This document shows, in pieces, positions 48,234 to 58,441 of a stretch of DNA of 64,000 nucleotides (within the stretch, counting starts at the first letter, position 1; every line of letters begins with the position of its first letter). Source of the DNA: Flavobacteriaceae bacterium EG-1 (GTDB lineage Bacteria > Bacteroidota > Bacteroidia > Flavobacteriales > Flavobacteriaceae); the NCBI GenBank assembly GCA_009649685.1, contig WJPK01000003.1:498506-562505 (forward strand). The letters are read 5' to 3'. Under the pieces are notes generated by a model. The model was given only the letters and a program-made list of their open reading frames with translations. It had not been told where the DNA came from and searched no databases. A program made the translations under genes and the position numbers.

Positions 48234-50018
48234 CTATTTTGTTTCAGTATAGTAAATTTCAAGCTTTAATTTCTTATCCTCTTCTTCAGCAACAACATTA
48301 CTTCCATAAAGTACGGTACTTAAAGGTGTTAAAATAGATGAAGCTGGCAGTTCTTCTTCTTCACCATTTGCAAGCATAACATTACGAGCACCTGTGATAC
48401 GAATATCTGCAGAGACTTGAAGGCCCAAAATTGCATTAACAGAATCTCGCACTATAATATCATTTATATGGTCTGTAATATTTATTTTATATTTTACCCC
48501 TCTATCATTTGACTTTTCTATTAAACCATCATAATTCAAATATGCTTCTAGAGAAGTATCTGCGGTACTGTATTCCGTTATTACATTATATATTGGTTCA
48601 TTTGTTTCAGCATTAAACAAATATAGTCGAGGAGGTTCTTCATCAGTATTCGCCATAACATTTTGATCAATATAGAATGTTAAATTTGCCTCATTTATAA
48701 TCCAATTATTTGCTTTTATTTGATTAATTTCTAACTCATCTTCAAATAAATGGATTTCAGCTGAAGTGCCAGCTCCTCCTTTTAAATATATTCTTGAAGC
48801 ATTATCTTCAGAGGAAATAGCCTCAGTTATTTCTACAGGATAATCTTCATTTACAAAGGTATTAACTGCATTGGCGGAGGTGGTAGCTAAAGCTAGATTA
48901 AAGGATGAAGTTAATTCTTCGGTAGTGGTGTCATCAACAATATGATCATAATGATAATAAACTTCAATACGAGCATTTGAAATATCTAAGAGAAACAAGA
49001 GTTCTTCTTCTGAAGGAGTAATAGACATATTTATCCCTCTAAAAAATTCTTTAAAATTAGCTGCATTCAATAATTCTGTATCACCTTCTTTATCCAAAAT
49101 GTTTTCTTGAAAAAAATCAATACCCGCAGTCCCTAAACGCACTCTAATACCTGGTGCAACTTTTGTTTTAGTTGTTTCATCTTCTTCCGTATCTGGATCA
49201 TCTTCTTCCCCTGGAAGAACAAATTCTTTATTATTAATCAAATAAGTTCCTTCAAAAAACACTTCTTCAGTAAAAGTTGGTGAAAATTCTTGATTCGAAT
49301 AATATTCTTGGGCTTCTTGAAAATTAGAATTAGGATCTAAATCACGTAAATAATAAGTTGACCGCTCTACTTTAAATGTAAATTCCTGATTTCTATTACC
49401 ATAAATACTATCCAGTTCAAAGCTTTCTGCATAACTTACCACATCAATCGATTCATCAACATCATCCCGAATACCGTCTCCATCAGTATCTGGATTTTGT
49501 GGATTTGTACCATTTGCCGATTCGGTTATATTTGAAAGACTGTCGCCATCGCTATCATTTGTTGCATCTAGTTCAAAGCCTACTTCCGCAGAATCTGGAA
49601 CACCATCTGCATCCGAATCTATCTCATTAAGAATATAAGGCAAATATACTACCACACTATCTATAGTTTCATTTTCCGGTATAGCATCACTATTAGTTAA
49701 TTCGGTTTCTTCAGTGTAGATTCCAAAACTAGGATTACTAGTTGAAAGTTGTACTTGACTATTAATACTAGCCACAGTTTTACCATATACTGGATCATTA
49801 TACACCCCTATTTGATATAGGGGCAATTGATTTGTTTGTACGGCTCCTACTTTTTTATTAAAGGCTTGAACATTATAGTCAGCTTTATTTGTTGTAAAAG
49901 GAGAGGAGCCCACTATTGTTGCACCAATGGTAGTTGGGTCTTCTGAACAAGAAAATACTATCGCAACTAATAAAAACCCCGTAACTACGGAAAATTTAAA
50001 TCTCTTCAAAAACGTCAT
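48234..50018 (-). CDS. Lipoprotein with thrombospondin-type-3-like calcium-binding Asp repeats (DUF4270-like)
   Basis: The lipobox is VFSCSE. The Asp repeats are DSDADGVPDSAE, DSDGDSLSN and DTDGDGIRDDVDE. Confidence 0.6.
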   Translation of the reverse strand: MTFLKRFKFSVVTGFLLVAIVFSCSEDPTTIGATIVGSSPFTTNKADYNVQAFNKKVGAVQTNQLPLYQIGVYNDPVYGKTVASINSQVQLSTSNPSFGIYTEETELTNSDAIPENETIDSVVVYLPYILNEIDSDADGVPDSAEVGFELDATNDSDGDSLSNITESANGTNPQNPDTDGDGIRDDVDESIDVVSYAESFELDSIYGNRNQEFTFKVERSTYYLRDLDPNSNFQEAQEYYSNQEFSPTFTEEVFFEGTYLINNKEFVLPGEEDDPDTEEDETTKTKVAPGIRVRLGTAGIDFFQENILDKEGDTELLNAANFKEFFRGINMSITPSEEELLFLLDISNARIEVYYHYDHIVDDTTTEELTSSFNLALATTSANAVNTFVNEDYPVEITEAISSEDNASRIYLKGGAGTSAEIHLFEDELEINQIKANNWIINEANLTFYIDQNVMANTDEEPPRLYLFNAETNEPIYNVITEYSTADTSLEAYLNYDGLIEKSNDRGVKYKINITDHINDIIVRDSVNAILGLQVSADIRITGARNVMLANGEEEELPASSILTPLSTVLYGSNVVAEEEDKKLKLEIYYTETK

Positions 50019-50023
50019 TCAAA

Positions 50024-50833
50024 TTATTTTAAAACTTCGGTGTCATAAAAATTCGCGTATGCTTCTTCGAATTCTTGCAAAGTAACATATGGTAACACAG
50101 GTTTTTGAAGGTTGGAAATATGGTTTTGCAAATCTTCTGGAATTTCTTCCGATGCTAAAATAATAGCATCAGAAAAATCTGCAGCTACTTTTAACAAATT
50201 ATTATAGTCGGGTTTAACTAAAGCAGAAATATCATCTTCAGAAATACCATCGAAAGATATTTTTTTAATCATATCTGCATCTAATTCACCCTCAAAACCT
50301 TTACCATAAACAGATGTAACTATTTTACTATCTGCAAAAAGAGGCTCATCTGCATAAAACTTTCTTAAATATAATGGTAAAAGTGAGGCCATCCAGCCAT
50401 GTACATGAATAATGTCTGGTGTCCAATTTAATTTTTTAACAGTTTCAACAACACCTTTTGCAAAGAATATTGCACGCTGATCATTATCCTTAAACAAATT
50501 ACCATCAGCATCTGAAAAAGTAGCTTTTCGTTTAAAATATTCGTCGTTATCAATAAAATATACTTGAATTCGCTCTCTTGGAATAGAAGCCACCTTAATT
50601 ATTAATGGCATATCCATGTCATTGATAACCAAATTCATACCGGACAGTCGAATTACTTCATGTAGTTGATGTCTTCTTTCATTGATGTTACCATAACGAG
50701 GCATGAAAATTCTAATTTGGCCACCATTACTGTTAACCATACGTGGAGTTTCATAAGACATAAGGGAAACTTCGTTCTGCGGAAGATAAGGTACTAATTC
50801 AGAAGATACGAACAATATCTTTTTGCCATTCAT
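50024..50833 (-). CDS. Glycogen/starch-synthase-like GT5 N-terminal domain protein, short form
   Basis: MNGKKILFVSSELVPY resembles the start of glycogen synthase. The start was chosen at 50833 rather than the track start. No KTGGL motif is present. Confidence 0.6.
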   Translation of the reverse strand: MNGKKILFVSSELVPYLPQNEVSLMSYETPRMVNSNGGQIRIFMPRYGNINERRHQLHEVIRLSGMNLVINDMDMPLIIKVASIPRERIQVYFIDNDEYFKRKATFSDADGNLFKDNDQRAIFFAKGVVETVKKLNWTPDIIHVHGWMASLLPLYLRKFYADEPLFADSKIVTSVYGKGFEGELDADMIKKISFDGISEDDISALVKPDYNNLLKVAADFSDAIILASEEIPEDLQNHISNLQKPVLPYVTLQEFEEAYANFYDTEVLK

Positions 50834-50936
50834 AAAAATTGTATTTTGAGATTCGTTCAAACAGAATTGCAAAATTACAAAAATTATGCCGATTAGCCTT
50901 AATTGTAGTAAGTTTGCGACCGTTTAAATTCAAAAA

Positions 50937-51782
50937 GTGCAAATAATAAATTCCATAGCAGACCTTAGATCCTATCTTTCTAGCGAACAAGAACCTTTTA
51001 AATTAGGTTTAGTTCCCACTATGGGGGCTTTACATGATGGTCATATGTCTTTAGTTTCGAAAGCAGTAAATCAAAATGACATTACCGTTGTTAGTATTTT
51101 TGTGAACCCAACACAATTTAATAATAGTGATGATTTAGATAAATACCCGAGAACTTTAGAGGCTGATATTAATTTATTAAATAAAATTTCTGAAGACATC
51201 ATAGTTTTTGCCCCGAAAGCAACAGAAATCTACCCAAAAGGTCTATATTCTAATTCATATGATTTTGATGGTTTAGATAAGGTCATGGAAGGCGCCTTTA
51301 GAGAAGGACATTACAACGGTGTAGGCACGATTGTTGAAATACTTTTAAATATTATAGAACCGAATAAAGCGTATTTCGGCGAAAAAGATTTTCAACAACT
51401 TCAAATTATTCGAAATTTAGTAGCCAAACAGAATATACCAGTTGAAATAATTGGTTGTTCAATAGTTAGAGAACCAAATGGTTTAGCGCGAAGCTCAAGA
51501 AATGAGAGACTTTCATCAGAAATGAGAGAAAAGGCTTCATTTATCTATAAAACGCTTCAGATATCTAAAAAGAAGTTCGAAAACATGAGTGCCAATAAGG
51601 TTTTGAAATGGGGTAAAAAACAATTTGAAGAGCATGCAGATTTTGAATTAGAATATCTTTGTATAGCGGATGCAGCTACTTTAGAGGTTGTAAGTAGAAA
51701 AAAACCAAATGCAAAATATATACTATTTATTGCCGTTTATGCAGAAGATATTCGGCTAATTGACAATATAGCTTTGAATTAA
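50937..51782 (+). CDS. panC: Pantoate-beta-alanine ligase
   Basis: PTMGALHDGH is the HIGH-type motif. Confidence 0.92.
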   Translation: MQIINSIADLRSYLSSEQEPFKLGLVPTMGALHDGHMSLVSKAVNQNDITVVSIFVNPTQFNNSDDLDKYPRTLEADINLLNKISEDIIVFAPKATEIYPKGLYSNSYDFDGLDKVMEGAFREGHYNGVGTIVEILLNIIEPNKAYFGEKDFQQLQIIRNLVAKQNIPVEIIGCSIVREPNGLARSSRNERLSSEMREKASFIYKTLQISKKKFENMSANKVLKWGKKQFEEHADFELEYLCIADAATLEVVSRKKPNAKYILFIAVYAEDIRLIDNIALN

Positions 51783-51808
51783 ATTAAATCAAATTAATTA
51801 ACTTTACA

Positions 51809-52159
51809 ATGCAAATTGAAGTAGTAAAATCGAAAATACACCGAGTAAAGGTTACAGGCGCTGATCTCAATTATATTGGCAGTATTACAATTGACGAAGA
51901 TTTGATGGATGCTGCGAATATTGTGCAAGGTGAAAAAGTACAAGTTGTAAACAACACTAATGGTGAACGACTTGAAACATATGCCATACCAGGCCCTCGT
52001 AAAAGTGGAGAGATTACGCTAAATGGTGCGGCAGCTAGAAAAGTAGCAAAAGGTGATGTACTAATTTTATTCACTTATGCACGAATGGATATCGAAGAGG
52101 CCAAGAAGTTTAACCCCTCTTTGGTATTTCCAAATGAAGAAACAAACCTATTAGAATAG
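51809..52159 (+). CDS. panD: Aspartate 1-decarboxylase
   Basis: [21 protein letters not shown] contains the Gly-Ser self-cleavage site. Confidence 0.95.
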   Translation: MQIEVVKSKIHRVKVTGADLNYIGSITIDEDLMDAANIVQGEKVQVVNNTNGERLETYAIPGPRKSGEITLNGAAARKVAKGDVLILFTYARMDIEEAKKFNPSLVFPNEETNLLE

Positions 52160-52160
52160 T

Positions 52161-53126
52161 TTGAAAATACATTTAAAGAAAATATTAAAAACAATACTCC
52201 CAATTGCATTGGGAGTTTTTTTTGTTTGGTATTGGTACGATTCTACCTCACCTAAAGACAGAGAACAGATTTTATTTTACATCAAACAGGCAGACCTTTT
52301 TTGGGTGGGCTTTTCGATGGTTTTAGGTATTTTAGGACATGTTTCTAGGGCGATACGATGGAATTATTTACTTAAACCTATGGGTTATAAACCGAGATTG
52401 AGCAATAATGTTCTTATCATATTAATGTCCTATTTTGCCAACTTAGGTGTTCCTAGAATGGGAGATTTGTTACGAGCCCCAGCATTAGCAACTTACGAAA
52501 ACGTACCTATTGAAAAGGGTTTTGGCACTATTGTTACCGAAAGAGTAATAGATGTATTAATGCTTTTTACAATAATAGCTGTTACTTTTTTCTTACATAC
52601 AGATATTATTTTAAGCTACTTTCAAGAAATTGGTTTTCCGCTTAATAAGTTATTTATATTAATTCTTTTAGGTCTAGTAGGTTTAGCCTTTTTTACTTTT
52701 TATATTAAAAAGTCAAAAAATGAAATCGCTCTTAAAATCAAGAATTTCATAAATGGACTAATGGAAGGATTATTAAGCATCTTTAAAATGAAGAACAAAT
52801 GGCCTTTTATCTTTCACACCCTATTTATATGGGGATGTTACATAGGTATGCTATGGGTTATCAAATTTACTGTTGCTGAAACTATAACACTGTCATTAAG
52901 TCAACTAATGGTAGCTTTTGTTGCAGGAGCATTAGCTATGATGTTTACTAATGGTGGAATAGGTCTTTATCCTATTGCAGTGAGTAAGGCCTTAGCAATT
53001 TTTGGAATAAGCGATGTTTCTGGTGATGCCTTTGGTTGGATTATGTGGATTGCACAAACCTTAATGATCGTGATTTTTGGGGCAATATCTTTTCTCATAT
53101 TACCGTTATTGAACAGAAACCGCTAG
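52161..53126 (+). CDS. Lysylphosphatidylglycerol-synthase TM-region-like (flippase-like) membrane protein
   Basis: It has about 8 TM helices. It sits 1 nt after panD, the usual Flavobacterial arrangement. Confidence 0.6.
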   Translation: MKIHLKKILKTILPIALGVFFVWYWYDSTSPKDREQILFYIKQADLFWVGFSMVLGILGHVSRAIRWNYLLKPMGYKPRLSNNVLIILMSYFANLGVPRMGDLLRAPALATYENVPIEKGFGTIVTERVIDVLMLFTIIAVTFFLHTDIILSYFQEIGFPLNKLFILILLGLVGLAFFTFYIKKSKNEIALKIKNFINGLMEGLLSIFKMKNKWPFIFHTLFIWGCYIGMLWVIKFTVAETITLSLSQLMVAFVAGALAMMFTNGGIGLYPIAVSKALAIFGISDVSGDAFGWIMWIAQTLMIVIFGAISFLILPLLNRNR

Positions 53127-53154
53127 GTAATTCCAACCTGCCAAAAAACTACAC

Positions 53155-54297
53155 ATGAAACGCTTACTAATTCCTTTCGCATTATTTATATGCTTTGGCT
53201 TAAGTGCTCAAGTAAAAGTTGAAATATTTGAATCGTTCAAATTACAAGAGAGACGGGACGTTAAATATTATTTTCCTGAAGATTACGATGAAGCCAAGAA
53301 ATATCCTCTTATTGTAGTTTTAGATGGTGAATACCTTTTTGATCAAGTTGTGGCTAATGCAAAATTTTACAGCAAATTCCATGGAATGCCGCAAAGTATT
53401 GTAGTCGGCATTGAACAAAGTCAAAACGAAATCAGATTAGATGATTGTGCTTATGAACCAGACACTGGTTTACCATCAGAAAAAGCTAAGAAATTTTTCG
53501 AATTTCTAGGTATGGAAATAATACCATATTTAGATTTGAATTATAGTACTGCTCCTTTTAAAATGGTAGTTGGTTATGACATTACAGCTAATTTTAGTAA
53601 TTATTGGTTATTTAAAGAACATTCTTTATTTAATGCCTATATAAATATAAGTCCAGATTTAGCACCAGAAATGGAAACTCGGGTACCTGCTCGATTAGGC
53701 GCTTTCGACAAACAAATTTTTTACCAATTAATTCTGGAAGGTGAAAAAAACAAAAATACTGCTCGTATTTTAGCCATGGATAAGGCTATTAAAGCAATAG
53801 AAAAAGAATCGTTACATTACAACTTTTATCAATACGATGGTGCTGATCATACTTCTGTGGCAACCTATGGAATTGGTGAAGCTTTTGACAATATTTTTGG
53901 GATGTTTAAACCAATTAGCCCCAAGGAATATAAAACCCAATTATTAACGTCAGATGAACCTGTATTTGACTACTTAGAAACCAAGTATAAAAATATTGAA
54001 GATTTGTTTGGTTTTAAAAAAGATGTTAATCTAAATGACCTAATGGCAGTTTATGCTGGTATTCGTAAAAAGGAAGATTATGATTCTTTAAAACCCTTAT
54101 CCGAGCTTTGTAAAAAAGAGTTTCCTTCAACAATGTTAGGGTTTTATTTTGAAGGTGAATACTTCGAACAAATGGGCGAGCCTAAAAAAGCGCTACGTAC
54201 TTTTGAGAAAGCCTTTGGAATGGAAGAAATTGATTTCCTGACTAAAGAAATGGCTTTAGAAAAAATTGATGCCCTAAAGGCTGATTTCGGTTATTAG
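53155..54297 (+). CDS. Secreted alpha/beta-hydrolase, putative-esterase family
   Basis: It has a signal peptide. YPLIVVLDGEYLFD is typical of the esterase_D/IroE-like family. Confidence 0.65.
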   Translation: MKRLLIPFALFICFGLSAQVKVEIFESFKLQERRDVKYYFPEDYDEAKKYPLIVVLDGEYLFDQVVANAKFYSKFHGMPQSIVVGIEQSQNEIRLDDCAYEPDTGLPSEKAKKFFEFLGMEIIPYLDLNYSTAPFKMVVGYDITANFSNYWLFKEHSLFNAYINISPDLAPEMETRVPARLGAFDKQIFYQLILEGEKNKNTARILAMDKAIKAIEKESLHYNFYQYDGADHTSVATYGIGEAFDNIFGMFKPISPKEYKTQLLTSDEPVFDYLETKYKNIEDLFGFKKDVNLNDLMAVYAGIRKKEDYDSLKPLSELCKKEFPSTMLGFYFEGEYFEQMGEPKKALRTFEKAFGMEEIDFLTKEMALEKIDALKADFGY

Positions 54298-54323
54298 AAC
54301 AAAACATACTATACTTACCTAAA

Positions 54324-54375
54324 AAGCTAAGAATATACATTTAAAATTAAAGGTGCATATTCTTGGCTTTTTCAT
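54324..54375 (+). terminator. Long hairpin terminator after the esterase gene
   Basis: The 13-bp stem AAGCTAAGAATAT/ATATTCTTGGCTT, with one G-U pair, is followed by TTTTTC. Confidence 0.55.
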
Positions 54376-54426
54376 TTAGACATACAATTACTAAATCACT
54401 ATCTTGTTTTTCTAAAACTAGATTGT

Positions 54427-55530
54427 ATGAATGTAATTGGCCGACTTTTAATCATAATTTTTATTTTATCCTCCCTATATTCTCAAGGACAAAAGAACAT
54501 CACAAACAATTCAAAATTTGAAATATTTCGAGGTACAAATATAGCCCATTGGTTATCTCAAAGTAAAGACCGCGGAATTGAGCGTCAGGAAAAATTTACC
54601 GAAAAAGATATTGAAGCAATTGCTAAAATGGGTTTTGATCATATTAGATTACCCATTGATGAGGAACAAATGTGGGATAAAAATGGAAATCGGAATAATG
54701 ATGCATTCCTACTTATGGAAAATTGTATTAACTGGTGTGCATCAAATAATTTAAAAGTAATTATCGATTTACACATTTTAAGATCACATCATTTTAATGA
54801 AAAAGAAAAACCTTTATGGACAGATTCTAAGGAGCAGGATAAATTCTTTGATTTATGGCGAGATCTTTCTAAGTCACTAAATAAATTCCCAAATAATCTT
54901 GTTGCCTACGAGTTAATGAATGAGGCCGTTGCAGATGATCACGAACAATGGAACAACCTTGTTGCTAATGCTTTTACCGCTATTCGAGAACTAGAACCAA
55001 AACGCACAATCGTTATAGGCTCTAATCGATGGCAATCAACCGAAACATTTGATGCTTTAAAGGTTCCGGAGAATGATAAATATATTATATTGAGTTTTCA
55101 TTTTTACTCACCTTTTCTTTTAAGTCATTATGGAGCAAGTTGGACTGATTTAAAAGATTATAATGGCCCAGTTCATTATCCCGGAAAATTACTATCACAA
55201 TCCGAATTTGATGAACTTCCAGAAATTCAAAAAAAAGCTGCAAAAAAATACATTAATCAAGAATGGAATAAAGAATATATTCTAAAAAAATGGACAAAAC
55301 CGATTCAAAAAGCCAAAAAACTTGGATTGCCATTATATTGTGGTGAATTCGGAATTATTTCTGATGCGCCAAATAAAGACCGACTACATTGGTATAAAGA
55401 CTTGATAAGCTTATTTAATAAAGAAGGAATTGGTTATGCCAACTGGAATTATGAAAGTGATAATTTTGGCCTAGTTGATTCTAATGGTAAAAATGAAAAG
55501 CTTATTCAAATAGTCACTAGTAAAGAATAA
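54427..55530 (+). CDS. Glycoside hydrolase family 5 endoglycanase
   Basis: It has a signal peptide. YELMNEA contains the acid/base Glu. CGEFG contains the nucleophile Glu. Confidence 0.8.
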   Translation: MNVIGRLLIIIFILSSLYSQGQKNITNNSKFEIFRGTNIAHWLSQSKDRGIERQEKFTEKDIEAIAKMGFDHIRLPIDEEQMWDKNGNRNNDAFLLMENCINWCASNNLKVIIDLHILRSHHFNEKEKPLWTDSKEQDKFFDLWRDLSKSLNKFPNNLVAYELMNEAVADDHEQWNNLVANAFTAIRELEPKRTIVIGSNRWQSTETFDALKVPENDKYIILSFHFYSPFLLSHYGASWTDLKDYNGPVHYPGKLLSQSEFDELPEIQKKAAKKYINQEWNKEYILKKWTKPIQKAKKLGLPLYCGEFGIISDAPNKDRLHWYKDLISLFNKEGIGYANWNYESDNFGLVDSNGKNEKLIQIVTSKE

Positions 55531-55646
55531 AATAAATAGTAGTTTATTCTGCTTGATTGATATATTCATCGAATAGTACAATCCTTGTATTATATCTTTA
55601 TCATTTTGAACTTTACTATATCTTCGTCTTAAATCTTAAAAAAATA

Positions 55647-57008
55647 ATGGCCAAAACTAAAACAGCTTTTTTCTGTCAAAACTGTGGCACTCAATATGCC
55701 AAATGGGTGGGGCAATGCACCGCTTGCAAAGAATGGAATACTGTTGTTGAAGAAGTGATTCAAAAATCAGAAAAAGCTAGTTGGAAAACAGAAATTAATC
55801 CAGTTAAAAAAACTTCAAAGCCACTACGTATAAACGAAATTAGCACAGAAAAAGAAATAAGATTAAACACTTTTGACATAGAATTTAATCGTGTACTAGG
55901 TGGTGGGTTAGTACCAGGTGCATTGGTCCTTTTAGGTGGTGAGCCAGGTGTAGGTAAGAGTACACTTTTATTACAAATAGCTTTAAAATTACCATATAAA
56001 ACATTGTATATTTCAGGGGAAGAGAGTCAAAAGCAGATTAAGATGCGAGCTGATCGAATTCATCCCCAAAGTGAAAATTGCCTGATACTAACAGAAACAA
56101 AAACACAAAATATTTTTAAACAAATTGTAGCTACTGAACCTGACATTGTTGTTATAGATTCAATTCAAACCTTACACACAGATTATATAGAATCGGCGGC
56201 TGGGAGTATATCTCAAATACGCGAATGCACGGCTGAACTTATAAAATTTGCAAAAGAAACCAACACACCGGTAATACTTATTGGCCACATAACAAAAGAT
56301 GGATCAATTGCAGGGCCAAAAATTTTAGAACATATGGTAGATACTGTTCTTCAATTTGAAGGTGATCGAAACTATGTCTATCGAATATTAAGAGCATTAA
56401 AAAATCGTTTTGGTTCCACTTCAGAATTAGGTATTTATGAAATGCAAGGTGGTGGATTAAGACAAGTAAATAATCCTTCAGAAATATTAATCTCTAAAAA
56501 TGACACAAGTTTAAGCGGTACGGCGATAGCATCTACTGTAGAAGGTCTCCGACCTTTAATGATTGAGATTCAAGCCTTAGTGAGTACAGCTGTTTATGGA
56601 ACTCCTCAGCGCTCAACAACCGGATATAATTCGAAACGACTAAATATGCTTTTAGCTGTATTAGAAAAACGTGCTGGTTTTAAATTAGGAGCAAAAGATG
56701 TTTTTTTAAACATTACTGGAGGTATAACTGTAGATGACCCAGCACTAGATTTAGCAGTAATTACCGCAATTCTATCCAGTAATTCAGACATACCAATAGA
56801 AAAAGGAATTTGTTTTGCTGCAGAGGTTGGATTAGCTGGTGAAATAAGACCCGTACAACGCATTGATCAACGCATTATCGAGGCTGAAAAACTTGGCTTC
56901 AAAACAATTTACGTTTCAAAAAACAATAAAATAAGTCTTAAATCCACAAACATAGAAGTTCTCTTAGCAACAAAAATAGAAGATGTTGCTAATGCTTTAT
57001 TTGGTTAA
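55647..57008 (+). CDS. radA: DNA repair protein RadA/Sms
   Basis: The true N-terminus is MAKTKTAFFCQNCGTQYAKWVGQCTACKEWNT, a zinc finger. The P-loop is GGEPGVGKST. A Lon-like C-domain is present. The track start at 55557 is an upstream in-frame extension. Confidence 0.95.
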   Translation: MAKTKTAFFCQNCGTQYAKWVGQCTACKEWNTVVEEVIQKSEKASWKTEINPVKKTSKPLRINEISTEKEIRLNTFDIEFNRVLGGGLVPGALVLLGGEPGVGKSTLLLQIALKLPYKTLYISGEESQKQIKMRADRIHPQSENCLILTETKTQNIFKQIVATEPDIVVIDSIQTLHTDYIESAAGSISQIRECTAELIKFAKETNTPVILIGHITKDGSIAGPKILEHMVDTVLQFEGDRNYVYRILRALKNRFGSTSELGIYEMQGGGLRQVNNPSEILISKNDTSLSGTAIASTVEGLRPLMIEIQALVSTAVYGTPQRSTTGYNSKRLNMLLAVLEKRAGFKLGAKDVFLNITGGITVDDPALDLAVITAILSSNSDIPIEKGICFAAEVGLAGEIRPVQRIDQRIIEAEKLGFKTIYVSKNNKISLKSTNIEVLLATKIEDVANALFG

Positions 57009-57103
57009 CGCTTGTCGCGCATAATACGTGCAAAAACCATAATTATCACTATTACAGCTATAATTATCACTAATTGCCAGAATCCAATTTTAAGAAATAT
57101 CAT
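57005..57103 (-). CDS. Candidate 32-aa hydrophobic micro-protein (MIFLKIGFWQLVIIIAVIVIIMVFARIMRDKR)
   Basis: It starts with ATG, 9 nt after the aldo-keto reductase stop. It has a single TM-like helix followed by a basic tail. Its stop overlaps the radA stop by 4 nt. Confidence 0.25.
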   Translation of the reverse strand: MIFLKIGFWQLVIIIAVIVIIMVFARIMRDKR

Positions 57104-57112
57104 ACTATATTT

Positions 57113-58153
57113 TTAGGGTGCTGGGTTCGGAAATTCATTGTGAATTGCTTCAATACCCTCAAGAACCTCATCATTCAATTTTATATCAATACTAGCAATA
57201 TTTTCTTCGAGTTGCGTCAAATTAGTAGCACCTATTATTGTGCTAGTAACAAAAGGTCTACTATTTACAAACGCTAACGCCATTTGCGCAGTAGAAATTT
57301 CATGGTTTTTTGCCAATTGATGATACTTTTCAGTGGCTTGTACAGCTGTTTCACTACTATATCTAGAGTAATGAGGAAATAATGATAATCGTGAAGCTGC
57401 AGGTGACATTCCTCCCAAATATTTTCCTGAAAGTGTCCCAAAACCAAGAGGAGAGTATGCTAGGAGCCCTACTTTTTCTCTTATTGAAATCTCTGACAAT
57501 CCCACTTCGAAAAGTCGATTTAAAAGACTGTAAGGATTTTGAATAGAAATAGTCCTTGGCAAAGTAGCATGTACTTTACTTTCTTCTAAAAAACGCATTA
57601 ATCCCCATGGAGTTTCATTAGAAACGCCAACTTGTCTAATTTTACCTTCTTGAATAAGATCTCTAAAAGTTTCAAGAATTTGGTGAATATTATCTTGCCA
57701 AAAATCCGATACATCATGTTTATATCCTCGCTTACCAAAATAATTAGTAATTCGATCTGGCCAATGCAGTTGATATAGATCTATATAATCGGTCTGTAAA
57801 CGATTTAAACTTAATTCTACAGCATTCGTTATAGATTCTCTTGTAAAACCCGTTTCGCGAATGAACTTCGTAAAATCTGCTTTACCAGCAATTTTACTTG
57901 CTAAAACTACTTTTTCTCTACTATTATTTTTCTTAAACCATGTTCCAATTATTTTTTCTGTATGAGCATATCTATCTGGATGAGCTGGCACAGGATATAA
58001 CTCTGCAGTATCAAAAAAATTAACTCCTTGATCAAGAGCATAATTCATTTGTTCATGACCTTCAGCTTCGGTATTTTGACGACCCCAAGTCATGGTTCCC
58101 AAACAAATTTTACTTACTTCGATATTTGAATGTTTTAGCTTGGTGTATTTCAT
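57113..58153 (-). CDS. Aldo/keto reductase (Tas/YajO-like NADP-dependent oxidoreductase)
   Basis: MKYTKLKHSNIEVSKICLGTMTWG is the AKR N-terminus. The start was chosen at 58153. The track start at 58207 adds 18 non-conserved residues. Confidence 0.85.
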   Translation of the reverse strand: MKYTKLKHSNIEVSKICLGTMTWGRQNTEAEGHEQMNYALDQGVNFFDTAELYPVPAHPDRYAHTEKIIGTWFKKNNSREKVVLASKIAGKADFTKFIRETGFTRESITNAVELSLNRLQTDYIDLYQLHWPDRITNYFGKRGYKHDVSDFWQDNIHQILETFRDLIQEGKIRQVGVSNETPWGLMRFLEESKVHATLPRTISIQNPYSLLNRLFEVGLSEISIREKVGLLAYSPLGFGTLSGKYLGGMSPAASRLSLFPHYSRYSSETAVQATEKYHQLAKNHEISTAQMALAFVNSRPFVTSTIIGATNLTQLEENIASIDIKLNDEVLEGIEAIHNEFPNPAP

Positions 58154-58441
58154 AAGCAAAGTTTTAGTGCGATAAATTGGCAAATTTAACAATTTTAAAG
58201 CTCTCAATATTCAAAGAACTAAAGCATTTAATTTTATGATAAAACAAGCTAAATGTAAGTCTTTTACTACAATAGTGTAAATAAAAAGTTAAAACAGCGA
58301 AAAACCCAGTATTTCTTACTGTTAAAGTGCAATTATCATGCACTAAAAAATACCCCATGCCGTTAGTTGAAAACATTTAAGTGTGTGTGTTTTACCCCCG
58401 AATGACCACCATTTTACACCAACCAAAACGACGCCCTACTT

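Noticed and set aside
55557-55646. N-terminal extensions offered by the ORF track for radA (55557), the aldo-keto reductase (58207), the SGNH lipoprotein (43256) and the glycogen-synthase-like gene (50872)
   Set aside because: Conserved N-termini or lipoprotein signal peptides begin at internal Met codons. The upstream residues are non-conserved.
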